Source: a virus (lineage: Duplodnaviria > Caudoviricetes). Taken from it: a DNA stretch of 48,963 nt. Position 1 is the stretch's first letter; every line of letters starts with the position of its first letter. The notes under the pieces were generated by a model. The model saw only the letters and a list, made by a program, of their open reading frames with translations. It was not told the origin of the DNA and searched no databases. The translations under genes were made by a program, and so were the position numbers. The DNA lies in the IMG/VR virus record IMGVR_UViG_3300048575_000440, positions 1 through 48,963 of that record; one strand, 5' to 3'. Of the stretch, positions 17,813 through 26,814 are shown piece after piece.

Positions 17813-18202
17813 TCAGGCGGTGTCGCGGGCGACGATGCCGGCCGCGGCGAGTTGCGCGTGCTTGGCGGTCTTCTCGGCGGCTTGGTCGACGGATGCGTCG
17901 AATACGAGGGCTGCCTTCGAGACGATCGCCGGCCCTCGCGCGACCACGAGGGCGGTCTTGTCGGCGGTGGTAGCGTCGACCGCCTCGATGAGGACGGCGT
18001 TTGCCGTCTCGGCGCCCTCGTCGCCGGCGACCTGGGCGGCCGGAGAGAGGCGGTACTTGCCGGAGGCGGTGACCTTCCCGAGCACCGAGCCGAGCGCGTA
18101 GTCCGTGCCGGCTTTGAGCGTCACGGTCTCGCGGCTGTAGTTGCCGTTGAGCTCGTATTTGAGCAAGTCGCCGAGCGTCGGCGCCATGGTCAGTGTAGGC
18201 AT
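17813..18202 (-). CDS. Head decoration protein (gpD-like)
   Basis: LGDLLKYE...YSRE.VT, GSVLG, ARGPAIVS; between protease and capsid. Confidence 0.85.
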   Translation of the reverse strand: MPTLTMAPTLGDLLKYELNGNYSRETVTLKAGTDYALGSVLGKVTASGKYRLSPAAQVAGDEGAETANAVLIEAVDATTADKTALVVARGPAIVSKAALVFDASVDQAAEKTAKHAQLAAAGIVARDTA

Positions 18203-18227
18203 GTCAGGTGCTCCTCAGTTTCCATGA

Positions 18228-18626
18228 TCAGGCGCGCGCCGCTGCCGCGCGCTCTCTGGCACGCCGCACGATCGGGCTGTCGCCCGCAACCGGGGTGGAC
18301 GGGGCGGCCGCAATCACGGTCGTGGCATCGGCCCGCGCGGCCAGCGTGTCGAGCACGGAGCGGCGCAGCGCGTCGGGCGCGATGCCCTTCTTCAGCGCGT
18401 CGGCGGCATCGACCGTGACGCCGAGCCGTGCGGCCTGGCTTACGACCGAGGCCACTTCGGCGAACTCCGCCCGAAGCTTCTCGGCGATCCCTGCCTCGGC
18501 TGCCGTCTCGGGGCCCGGCACATGTGAAGTCGCGGGCGCAGCGTTGGTTGGGGCTTGCTCAGGAGCGACTGCTTGCTGCCGCTCGTCCGGTTGATCCTGC
18601 GTGTGTTCAGTCTCGTTGGTCGCCAT
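18228..18626 (-). CDS. Nested scaffolding protein (Nu3-like), in-frame internal start
   Basis: TAAGAGGAG RBS ahead of in-frame ATG (MATNETEH) after the protease domain. Confidence 0.65.
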   Translation of the reverse strand: MATNETEHTQDQPDERQQAVAPEQAPTNAAPATSHVPGPETAAEAGIAEKLRAEFAEVASVVSQAARLGVTVDAADALKKGIAPDALRRSVLDTLAARADATTVIAAAPSTPVAGDSPIVRRARERAAAARA

Positions 18627-19511
18627 GGATAGGCTCCTCTTAAATGTCGGGTTGACAGGCGTGCGCACCGGCGCGGCGCGATCGAGTTCGGCGGCCATCT
18701 CGGCGATGGCGAGGTCGAGCGTGCCGAGCCGGTCGGCGAGACCGGCGCGGACTGCGAGCGTGCCGCGGTAGATCGCAGCGTCCGTCCCGCGCACCGCGTC
18801 CGGGCTCAGGCCTCGGTTCGCGGCTACAAGAGCGCAGAATTCAGCGTAGAGGCGGTCGACGTCGGCCTGGATCGTGGCGCGCGCGCGTTCGGAGAGCGGC
18901 TCGTGCGCATTGCCGTCGACCTTGCGGTCGCCGGCAAACACGAAGGTCCAGGCGAGACCGGCCCTAGCGTCCGCCCCGCTCTCGTCGACGTGCACCGCGA
19001 CCACGCCGATCGACCCGACCTCGCCCGTGCGCGTGACGTAGAGCCGGTCGGCTGCGCTCGCTATCGCGTAGGCGGCCGATAACGCACTCTCGTTCGCGAC
19101 GGCCCAGAGCGGCTTTGCGCTCGCGCTTCGAATTGCCTGGATCTGTTCGACGAGATCGAACAGGCCGCCGACTTCCCCGCCGGGGGAGTCGACGTCGAGG
19201 ATAACGCCGCGCACGCTCGGATCGTCCATCGCTGCGACGATGGCGTCTGCGATATCGCCGTAGGCCTGCAGCCCGCTCGCGGCATCGAGGTAGCCGGAGC
19301 GGCTCACCAGCGTGCCGGTCACGGACACGACGGCGATTTTCTCCACGGTGACCGAGGTGAGCGGGGGCGGATCGGTTTCCGGATCGGGCGGCTCCAGGGT
19401 GCCGCCGGCGAGCCGCGGCGCCAGCACCCCGAGGATCACCTCGAGCTTCGCGCGCGCGATCAACAGCGGTGTGCCGAACACGCGAGCGGCCAGATGCGGA
19501 AGATCAGGCAT
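18228..19511 (-). CDS. S49-family prohead protease with C-terminal scaffold (lambda gpC-like)
   Basis: LDVDSPGGEV, ALSAAYAIASAA, GSIGV motifs. Confidence 0.92.
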   Translation of the reverse strand: MPDLPHLAARVFGTPLLIARAKLEVILGVLAPRLAGGTLEPPDPETDPPPLTSVTVEKIAVVSVTGTLVSRSGYLDAASGLQAYGDIADAIVAAMDDPSVRGVILDVDSPGGEVGGLFDLVEQIQAIRSASAKPLWAVANESALSAAYAIASAADRLYVTRTGEVGSIGVVAVHVDESGADARAGLAWTFVFAGDRKVDGNAHEPLSERARATIQADVDRLYAEFCALVAANRGLSPDAVRGTDAAIYRGTLAVRAGLADRLGTLDLAIAEMAAELDRAAPVRTPVNPTFKRSLSMATNETEHTQDQPDERQQAVAPEQAPTNAAPATSHVPGPETAAEAGIAEKLRAEFAEVASVVSQAARLGVTVDAADALKKGIAPDALRRSVLDTLAARADATTVIAAAPSTPVAGDSPIVRRARERAAAARA

Positions 19512-20979
19512 TCATGTTGTCCTGTTCATCGGCTGAGGCACTGGCGGGCGCATCGGCCGCCGGAGCCGAAGTCGCGGCCGGCCGGAAGCTCAGCCCGAGC
19601 GACTTCTCGCGCGCCTGATCGCTTGCGATCTCGGCGTCCACCTGCTCGGCGTCGTAGCCGCGCTCGGCTAGCGCCTGCGTGCGGCTCTTCAGGCCCGCAT
19701 CGATCTGCTCGATCTCGGCGCGCGCGTCCTTGAGCGGATCGACCCAGTCCCACTTTGGAGGCAGCCAACCGCAGGCCAGATACTCGCGCCGGCGATCGTC
19801 ATACCCCGGCAGGTCGAGCGCGCCGGCAAGCACCGCGGTGTCCATCCAGCGCGCCCACACCTGGCGGCAGAGCTGCCAGACCACGACGGCGTGCTGGTAG
19901 GCTTCGATCCGCCGGCGGAATTCAAGGAGCGCAAGGCGCGAGTTCGAATAGTTCGCCTTGAGCATGTCGTTAGAGAGGTACGCGTAGGGCACGCCGAGCG
20001 CGGCCGACACCTGCAGCAGCGTGCGGTACTGGAACGGCTCGTACGTCTGCCCTGAGTCCGCTGGCGCCGAGGTCTGCACCTCCTCGCCGGGCTCCAGCAT
20101 GGTGATCTGACCTGGCTGCAGGTCGATGGTGCGCTCGTCGTTCTCATCGCGGCCTTCTGCGGCGTCGAGTGGCTCGGCCGGCGCCGGCGTCGTGATGAAG
20201 AGCGCGTGCATGGCCGCGACCTTCTTCCGGTCGAGTTCGGCATCGTCGTACTGGTCCAGCAGGAAGAGTTTCACGATGCCGGCCGCGAAGCGCGACACGC
20301 CGCGCAGCTGGCCGGCATCGACCGGATCGATGACGTGCACGACCTCCGAGGCGGGCACGCGAACCACATCGCCGGCCAAGCCAGGATCGGTCACGTCGCC
20401 TGGGTGCCGGCGCAGGAAATGGTAGGCAACGCGCCGGCCGATCCGATCGAACTCGATGCCCTGGCGGACCACGTTCCCGCCGGGCGCCACCTCGTTGCGG
20501 TTGAGCGGCAGCATCTCCGACGGCAGCATCTGCAGCTGCAGCGGGACCGAGAGACCGTCCTGCGGTCGTCGCGGCCGGAAGCGAAAGAACACTTCGCCTG
20601 CGATGAACACCTCGCGCGCCGCGCGGCGTTGCAGGCCATAGAAGTCAGTGAAGCCTTCGGCGTCCGCTTCGTCGGTCCAGTCGAGCCAGAGCTTCTGGAC
20701 CTGCGCTTTGACGCCAGCATCCTTAATCAGGGACGACGGCTTGATGCCGGCGCCGACGACATTGCCGGCCCAGCTCTCGATGGCGTTCGCCGCATACCCG
20801 TTGTTGCGAATGAGCCAGCGGGCACGCGCCGTGATGTCGGGACCGGCCGCGGCAATCAGCGTGTTGAGGTGCGCGCGACTGGGCTGGAAGCCCTTGAGCC
20901 TGCGGTTCGCCAGCCCTGCCTCGAAGCCACCGATGAACGCGCCGACGCGCCGCCGGAATGCTGTCAGCGAAGCAAGCAC
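19504..20979 (-). CDS. Portal protein (lambda family)
   Basis: RARWLIRNNGYA, GQLRGVS, NYSNSR, WVDPLKD. Confidence 0.93.
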   Translation of the reverse strand: MLASLTAFRRRVGAFIGGFEAGLANRRLKGFQPSRAHLNTLIAAAGPDITARARWLIRNNGYAANAIESWAGNVVGAGIKPSSLIKDAGVKAQVQKLWLDWTDEADAEGFTDFYGLQRRAAREVFIAGEVFFRFRPRRPQDGLSVPLQLQMLPSEMLPLNRNEVAPGGNVVRQGIEFDRIGRRVAYHFLRRHPGDVTDPGLAGDVVRVPASEVVHVIDPVDAGQLRGVSRFAAGIVKLFLLDQYDDAELDRKKVAAMHALFITTPAPAEPLDAAEGRDENDERTIDLQPGQITMLEPGEEVQTSAPADSGQTYEPFQYRTLLQVSAALGVPYAYLSNDMLKANYSNSRLALLEFRRRIEAYQHAVVVWQLCRQVWARWMDTAVLAGALDLPGYDDRRREYLACGWLPPKWDWVDPLKDARAEIEQIDAGLKSRTQALAERGYDAEQVDAEIASDQAREKSLGLSFRPAATSAPAADAPASASADEQDNMNA

Positions 20980-21192
20980 TCAAAGCCCCTTCGAGGCGGA
21001 CGTGAGAATGCGGCGTTTGCGACCGCCCTCCTGGGCCGCCGCAATCCGTCGTTCGAGGTCCGTGATCGCGGCCGCCATCTCGGCGTCGCTCGCGTAGGTG
21101 ATGCGCCGGCCGTCGATCTCGATCGTGCGCACGCCGCGGAAGCGGGCGGCGAGCAGCGCGTCGCGCTGCGCGGTCAGCTCTTCCAGGGTCAT
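20980..21192 (-). CDS. Head completion protein (gpW-like)
   Basis: 70 aa, GVRTIEIDGRRITY.SDAEM..AI; directly before portal. Confidence 0.85.
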   Translation of the reverse strand: MTLEELTAQRDALLAARFRGVRTIEIDGRRITYASDAEMAAAITDLERRIAAAQEGGRKRRILTSASKGL

Positions 21193-21223
21193 GCCTCAGC
21201 CCAAACAGCACCGCTCAAGTGGG

Positions 21224-21511
21224 TCATTGCCGCTCGGGAGTGAACCTGCGGATCTGATCCTTGAGTTCGGCAAGCGTCGCCTTGATCGCCGCGACGTCAG
21301 CGCGCAATTCGGCGACAATCCGCCGGCCGGCGACGTCGTTGTCGACCTTCGTTTCGATCCCATCGAGGCGAGCCTCGAACTTCGCCTGGCTCGCCGCTGC
21401 CCACGCTACGAGCTTGACAAGAGCGGCGATCACCGCGAGCGCGTGCGCCGCAAAGGCGGCGGTGATTGCCCATTCCGCGCCGCTCACGTTCCCCTCCGTT
21501 TGTTCAGCCAT
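21224..21511 (-). CDS. Hypothetical TM + coiled-coil protein
   Basis: Hydrophobic N-terminal half, heptad-like C-terminal half; fills the terL-gpW gap. Confidence 0.55.
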   Translation of the reverse strand: MAEQTEGNVSGAEWAITAAFAAHALAVIAALVKLVAWAAASQAKFEARLDGIETKVDNDVAGRRIVAELRADVAAIKATLAELKDQIRRFTPERQ

Positions 21512-21529
21512 TCGCAAGCGCTGGCCAGG

Positions 21530-23536
21530 TCAGCTGAAATAGCTCGATCGAAAGACGCGCCGGCCGCGCCGCTCGGGACGGCGCCGAACGATACCGGCGA
21601 TGGACTCAGTGGAGGCTTCAGACGGTGAATCGCTTTCCACTTCCTCTCCAGCTCCAACCTGCTGTTCCAGGTCCCGCCACATCGCTTCGGTCCAGCGATC
21701 GGCACCGGCAATCCAGGCGGCGGCCCGCGCGTAGACCCGGCAGTCAAGCGCCTCGTTGCGTTCGCGCAGTTTCTGCCATTCGAGCCGGGTGAAGCCCCGC
21801 TTCGTTTTCACGGTGACGAGCTGCTCGGCGACGAGCTGCTTGACCCACTCGGCTTCAGCGCCGCGCGGCAGGTGGACGTAGCCTGCGGGATGACGTGCGC
21901 CGGCTTTGATCTCTTCGTCGGTGGGCGCTCCGAGTCGCAGGAAGCGGTAGGTCTCGCTCTTGAAGGTCGCGACTGCGATCGTCCACAGCCGCGCGCCGCG
22001 GCGCAGCTTCTTGCCGCCTTCGCTGACGTCGACGTAAGTCGGTCCAATGACCGGTGCTGCCCGGTTGAAGCCTTCAACGCCCTTGATCGGCGCGACCTGC
22101 GCAAATCCTGCGCGGCGTGCCCAAGTGTAGACGGCGGGCGCCTCGTACCCGGTGTCGATCGCGAGCTTCGCGATACCGACGCGTGTGCCATGCGCATGCG
22201 GCCAGGTCCGGTCGAGCACACGCCCGAGCTCGTCCCAGGTCCCAGTCTGCTCGGGCCCGCCTTCGACCACGATGTGGTCGACGAGCCAGCTTTCGAGACC
22301 TCTGCCCCAGGCCCAGACGTCGACCTCGATGCGGTCCTTCTGGACGTCGGCGCCTGCTGTCAGGAACAGTCCGCCGCTCGGCACGACTCCGATCTGCCAG
22401 GACTCTCGGCGCTCATAGAGCCGTTGCCAGTCCGGCGCCTCGCCGACCTCGACCCAGGTCTCGCCCAGCACGCTGTTCTTGAAGCTGCGCTTGGCTTCGT
22501 CCGTCGTCGCGGCTTCCCAGAGCCGCGCGATGTTCTCCCAGGACAGCCAGCCGATAGGCGAATAGAGCGCCGAGATGTGAAACCCGATCGTGCCAGGGTC
22601 CCGCGGCTCCGCAGTCGGCCGCCATTCGCCCGCGTCGAGCATGGCGGTCTTGTGGTGCTCCTCGATCCGGCCATCGCAGGACGCGCATGTATAATGTGTG
22701 GTGTCGGGCTTCCCGTTGTCCCAGCGCAGCCGCTCGAACTTGAGCCACTGCATCGCTCGGCAGTGCGGGCACGGCACGAAGTAGCGACGCTGGTCGGAGG
22801 CCTCGTACTCGCGATCGATCCGCGACAGGCCATGGATGGTCGGCGTCGAGCCGAGCAGGACCTTCGAGCGCCACGAGAAGGTGCGCGTGCGCGCTTCCGC
22901 GAGCGCAACAGGATCGCCTTCCTCGTCAGCCGATGGCGGATAGGCGTCAACCTCGTCCAGGAACAGGTAACGCGCGGGCATCGAGCGCAGGCCGACCGCG
23001 CTGTTCGCGCCCGTGATGACCAGAAGCCCTGCGGGAAACTCCTTCGACAGCACCGTGTTGCCGGCATCGCGCGAGCGCGCCGGCTTCACCCGCTCGCGCA
23101 GCGCCGGGCTCTCATTGACCAGCGGATCGATGCGTTGGCGCGAGAAGCGCTTGGCGAGCTCGACGGTCGGCTGCACCGCGAGCATTGGCCCTGGCGCATG
23201 GTGGATGACGTAGCCGATCCAGTTGTTGCCGCCCTCCGTGAAGCCGACTTGCGCCGACTTCATCACCACGATGCGTCGCGCCGGATGCGTAGGGGACAGC
23301 GCATCGATGATCGCCCGCATGTAGGGCGTGCGGTCGGTGCGGTAGCGTCCTGGCTCGGCGGAAGCGCGCGGACTCAAGATCCGGTGCCGGTCGGCCCACT
23401 CGGAAACCGTCAGCGCGGGGTCTGGCGTGAGCCCGTCGCGCCAAGCCTGGCTCAGCTCCTCCGCGCCGTCGAACGCGAACAGGTCACCGGAACTCGGCTC
23501 GAATCTCGGCGAGCTCGGCGAGGTGACCGCGGACAT
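21530..23536 (-). CDS. terL: Terminase large subunit (GpA family)
   Basis: KSAQVGFTE Walker A, LFLDEVD Walker B, STPT, CPHC, GADVQ.DR, NEALDC; start uncertain. Confidence 0.95.
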   Translation of the reverse strand: MSAVTSPSSPRFEPSSGDLFAFDGAEELSQAWRDGLTPDPALTVSEWADRHRILSPRASAEPGRYRTDRTPYMRAIIDALSPTHPARRIVVMKSAQVGFTEGGNNWIGYVIHHAPGPMLAVQPTVELAKRFSRQRIDPLVNESPALRERVKPARSRDAGNTVLSKEFPAGLLVITGANSAVGLRSMPARYLFLDEVDAYPPSADEEGDPVALAEARTRTFSWRSKVLLGSTPTIHGLSRIDREYEASDQRRYFVPCPHCRAMQWLKFERLRWDNGKPDTTHYTCASCDGRIEEHHKTAMLDAGEWRPTAEPRDPGTIGFHISALYSPIGWLSWENIARLWEAATTDEAKRSFKNSVLGETWVEVGEAPDWQRLYERRESWQIGVVPSGGLFLTAGADVQKDRIEVDVWAWGRGLESWLVDHIVVEGGPEQTGTWDELGRVLDRTWPHAHGTRVGIAKLAIDTGYEAPAVYTWARRAGFAQVAPIKGVEGFNRAAPVIGPTYVDVSEGGKKLRRGARLWTIAVATFKSETYRFLRLGAPTDEEIKAGARHPAGYVHLPRGAEAEWVKQLVAEQLVTVKTKRGFTRLEWQKLRERNEALDCRVYARAAAWIAGADRWTEAMWRDLEQQVGAGEEVESDSPSEASTESIAGIVRRRPERRGRRVFRSSYFS

Positions 23537-24047
23537 GCGTCTCGATGAGTTTCTGGACTGCGTGCGCTTCTACGCCGAGGTCGGCCGCAATCAGCGCCGC
23601 AACACGGGCCGGCCAGTTGAGCCAGGCGTCGCGCTCTTCGCGCGCCAGACGGAACACCAGAGCCGTGGCGCGTGAACGATCCACCAGCTCGCCTTTCATC
23701 CGCTGCAGGCGCAGCCGCGCGAGATGCGCCTTGGCGATCTCGTGTGCGGTGCGCGCTTGTACGAACGTGACGCTCCCGCCGGCAGGGAGACCTTGCTCCT
23801 TCAGCGTGTCGCGCACGGAGCCGAGCGCCGCTTCCGCGACCGGACGCAACTTGTCGGTTGGAGACGTCGGCTTTGCCTTGGCCTTGCCACGAACGGGATC
23901 GGTGGAGCGCTGCCAGGCGGCATCGGCTTTCGCGGGATCGATCGTGCCGTCCGGCTCCAGAGGGATGCGGCCGGCCTTCGCGGCCTTGAGCACGGCGACG
24001 TGGCTTACACCGCGCACCTTGGCGTAAGCGCGGATCGAGAGTCCCAT
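23484..24047 (-). CDS. terS: Terminase small subunit (Nu1-like)
   Basis: N-terminal HTH (SIRAYA..RGVSH.AV.KA), coiled coil, KGELVDR; directly upstream of terL. Confidence 0.8.
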   Translation of the reverse strand: MGLSIRAYAKVRGVSHVAVLKAAKAGRIPLEPDGTIDPAKADAAWQRSTDPVRGKAKAKPTSPTDKLRPVAEAALGSVRDTLKEQGLPAGGSVTFVQARTAHEIAKAHLARLRLQRMKGELVDRSRATALVFRLAREERDAWLNWPARVAALIAADLGVEAHAVQKLIETHVRGHLAELAEIRAEFR

Positions 24048-24168
24048 TCAGGTCAGGGCCAGTTTGCACCGCGACATGCCGCGTAAAAAAAGATGTCGTC
24101 CGCGCGATTATTGACTTGGCTCCCGCCGAGAGCAGCGCGTGTATGGCGTCATCAAAACGGAGCGCGCC

Positions 24169-24531
24169 ATGAACAAGGTCCTGCCCACCAACAACGAAGC
24201 CTGGGGCTTCTGGGGCACCATCCGCCATCACGCCGATCCCGAGCACGCCTGGCCGATCGCCTTTAACGCCATCGCCACCGCCACCGGCTGCGCCGATGAA
24301 GGCGTCCGGGATTTCCTCGATAGTCGCCACGGCCGGCACTTCGCGGACGATGTAGCGAACGGACTGTTCGAAGGGCGCAGCCTTGCCGATGCCATCAGTG
24401 CCGCGATCGAGCGGTGGATGACCTGGACGATCGATCGCCGCACGTCGCGTGAGACCGGCATTCCGCGCGGACTGCCCTACCTCGTCGGCTTCGTCACCGA
24501 TTGCGAGATCATGGCCGAAGCGAACGCCTGA
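24169..24531 (+). CDS. Hypothetical phage protein
   Basis: LPTNNEAWGFWGT..FLDSRHGRHFADDV; GGAG RBS. Confidence 0.75.
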   Translation: MNKVLPTNNEAWGFWGTIRHHADPEHAWPIAFNAIATATGCADEGVRDFLDSRHGRHFADDVANGLFEGRSLADAISAAIERWMTWTIDRRTSRETGIPRGLPYLVGFVTDCEIMAEANA

Positions 24532-24551
24532 CGATCAGAAGGAGTACTGCC

Positions 24552-24797
24552 ATGGAAGACTGGTCCGGCCTCACGCCCGCTGAGGTTCGCGCCCGCGTTG
24601 CTACCACGCGCGAGCCGACCTTACGAAAATTCCTCGCGAATTGCGGCGCCGAAGTGCTTCCCGGAGAAACCCTCGAACAGGCGGTCAGGCGTGTGCAACT
24701 CGTCATCTTCGGCGTGATCCGGTACGCGGCCGAGACGGCCCGCCCCAACGAAAGCTTCCAGCAGTCCATGGATCGCGTGTTGTCGCGCCGAAACTGA
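24552..24797 (+). CDS. Hypothetical protein
   Basis: GAAGGAG RBS, 81 aa. Confidence 0.6.
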   Translation: MEDWSGLTPAEVRARVATTREPTLRKFLANCGAEVLPGETLEQAVRRVQLVIFGVIRYAAETARPNESFQQSMDRVLSRRN

Positions 24798-24892
24798 TCG
24801 GCACCGCACCCTCGCTCCGCCCCGCTCCATGCGGGGCTCGAGGTCGTAGAAGGGTCGCGATGGTCGCGGCCCGACTACGAAGGAGCCAGATC

Positions 24893-25459
24893 ATGGTGCG
24901 ACTTTCCGATTCCCAAGCTGTCGTTCTCGGTGCTGCCTGCCAACGGGCGGACCGATCCGTCTATCCCCTCACCACCAAGCTTCCGGGGGCAGCGGCCGCG
25001 AAGGTCCTCGGCAGTCTCCTGAATAAAGGCTTCATTGAAGAGGTGCAGGCCAAGCCTAAGGACACCGTGTGGCGCGAGCACAAGAAGAAAGGCCGTCTGA
25101 CGCTGCGCGCCACGCCGGCGGCATTCGAAGCTCTCGGCATCGCTCAGGATGAATCGAGCGCCGAGAGCGGTACCAATGACGTATCCGCTGAGGCGGATAC
25201 CGGTACGCAGCGGAAGCGCAAGACCGGCAAGTCAAAGGACAAGCCAGCCCCAGCGCGCGCGAACAGCAAGCAGGCCCAGCTCATCGAGATGCTCAAGAGT
25301 CCTGATGGCGCCACGATCGAGGAGATCGTTAAGAAGTTCGACTGGCAGGCGCACACGGTCCGTGGCGCGCTTGCCGGTGCGCTCAAGAAGAAGCTCGGAC
25401 TAAACGTGCAGTCGGAGAAGGTCGAGGGTCGCGGACGCGTCTACCGCATTGCGGCCTGA
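24893..25459 (+). CDS. DUF3489 domain protein (winged-helix-like)
   Basis: SKQAQLIEML..GATIEEI...WQAHTVRGALAG.LKKKLGL...RVYRI. Confidence 0.85.
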   Translation: MVRLSDSQAVVLGAACQRADRSVYPLTTKLPGAAAAKVLGSLLNKGFIEEVQAKPKDTVWREHKKKGRLTLRATPAAFEALGIAQDESSAESGTNDVSAEADTGTQRKRKTGKSKDKPAPARANSKQAQLIEMLKSPDGATIEEIVKKFDWQAHTVRGALAGALKKKLGLNVQSEKVEGRGRVYRIAA

Positions 25460-25474
25460 CCTCGTCGAACGATC

Positions 25475-25503
25475 AAGCGCCGCCGGGCAGACCGGCGGCG
25501 CTT
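25475..25503. terminator. Probable bidirectional terminator
   Basis: 12-bp stem AAGCGCCGCCGG/CCGGCGGCGCTT between convergent DUF3489 and MTase stops. Confidence 0.6.
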
Positions 25504-25509
25504 TGCCGT

Positions 25510-26814
25510 TCACCTGCTCGTTCGCTCGTCCTTCAGCGCATCGAAACTGCGCCCATCCTTCCCGAGTGTCGCCATGCCACCAGTGTGACGTTGCCATCGT
25601 TCGACAGTCACATCGCAGTAGCGTGGGTGGATTTCGATGCCGAGGCAAATGCGGCCTACGGACTCCGCGGCAATCAATGTCGAACCGGATCCTGCGAAGG
25701 GCTCATAGACGAGTTCGCCTTTTTTGCTGTTGTTCACGATCGGCCGGCGCATGCACTCGACCGGCTTCTGCGTTCCGTGCGCAGTGGCGTCGTCGTGCTC
25801 GCCGGTGCCGATGGTCCAAAGTGTCGACTGATCGCGCGCACCCTGCCAGTGGCCGGTTGCCCCCTTGCGCACCGCGTAGAAGCACGGTTCGTGTTGCCAG
25901 TGATAATCGCCGCGGCCCAGGACGAGGCGAGGCTTCGCCCAGATGATCTGCGTCCGAATATGGAAGCCGCACGCGTCGAGGCTCTCGGCCACCGTGCGCG
26001 CGTGGATGCCTGAGTGCCAGACGTAGACGACCTCGCCCGGGAACAGGCTCCAGGCCTCGCGCCAATCGGCGCGGTCGTCGTTGTTGACCTTGCCGGTGCG
26101 TGCTGTCACCGACACGCCGGACTCATTGCGCCAGTTCGGGTCGTATTCGACCCCGTATGGCGGGTCCGTCACCATCAGGTGCGGTCGAGTGCCTTCGAGT
26201 AGGCGTTCGACGTCGGTCGCGACGGTCGCATCGCCGCATAACAGACGGTGCGTTCCAAGCAACCAAAGATCGCCCGGACGTGTGACCGCCTCGCTCGGCG
26301 GCTCCGGGACTTCGTCCTCTCCCTCGGATGCGCCACCCACGTCGAGGCCGTCGAGCAGGCCACCGAGCTCGTCCTCCCCGAAGCCGAGCAGTTCGAGGTT
26401 GAGACCGTCCTCCTTGAGCCGGCCGAGTTCGGCCGCGAGCAGCGCCTCGTCCCAGCCTGCATTAAGCGCGATGCGGTTGTCGGCGAGGCGAAAGGCGCGC
26501 GCCTGGGCGTCTGTCAGATGCCCGAGCCGGATGACGGGTACCTGCTCCAATCCGAGCCGCTTGGCGCCCAGGACGCGGCCGTGGCCGGCGATCAGGACGC
26601 CGCGCTCGTCGACCAGACACGGCACATTGAAGCCGAATTCCGCGATTGAGCCTGCGATCTGCGCGACCTGCTCGTCGGGATGCGTTCGAGCGTTCGCCGC
26701 ATACGGCAGAAGGCGCTCGATCGGCCAGCTCTCGACCTCCAGCGGCTCAGTCGTCGGCAGGGATTGCGACCCCGCGCTGTCGCGCGACCGCTTCGAAGGT
26801 TTGGCCCTCGCCAT
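25510..26814 (-). CDS. ParB/Srx-N + DNA amino-methyltransferase (DPPY; probably m6A)
   Basis: NARTH, IAGHGR, HRLLCGD, VTDPPY, HGTQKP, EPFAGSGST. Confidence 0.9.
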   Translation of the reverse strand: MARAKPSKRSRDSAGSQSLPTTEPLEVESWPIERLLPYAANARTHPDEQVAQIAGSIAEFGFNVPCLVDERGVLIAGHGRVLGAKRLGLEQVPVIRLGHLTDAQARAFRLADNRIALNAGWDEALLAAELGRLKEDGLNLELLGFGEDELGGLLDGLDVGGASEGEDEVPEPPSEAVTRPGDLWLLGTHRLLCGDATVATDVERLLEGTRPHLMVTDPPYGVEYDPNWRNESGVSVTARTGKVNNDDRADWREAWSLFPGEVVYVWHSGIHARTVAESLDACGFHIRTQIIWAKPRLVLGRGDYHWQHEPCFYAVRKGATGHWQGARDQSTLWTIGTGEHDDATAHGTQKPVECMRRPIVNNSKKGELVYEPFAGSGSTLIAAESVGRICLGIEIHPRYCDVTVERWQRHTGGMATLGKDGRSFDALKDERTSR

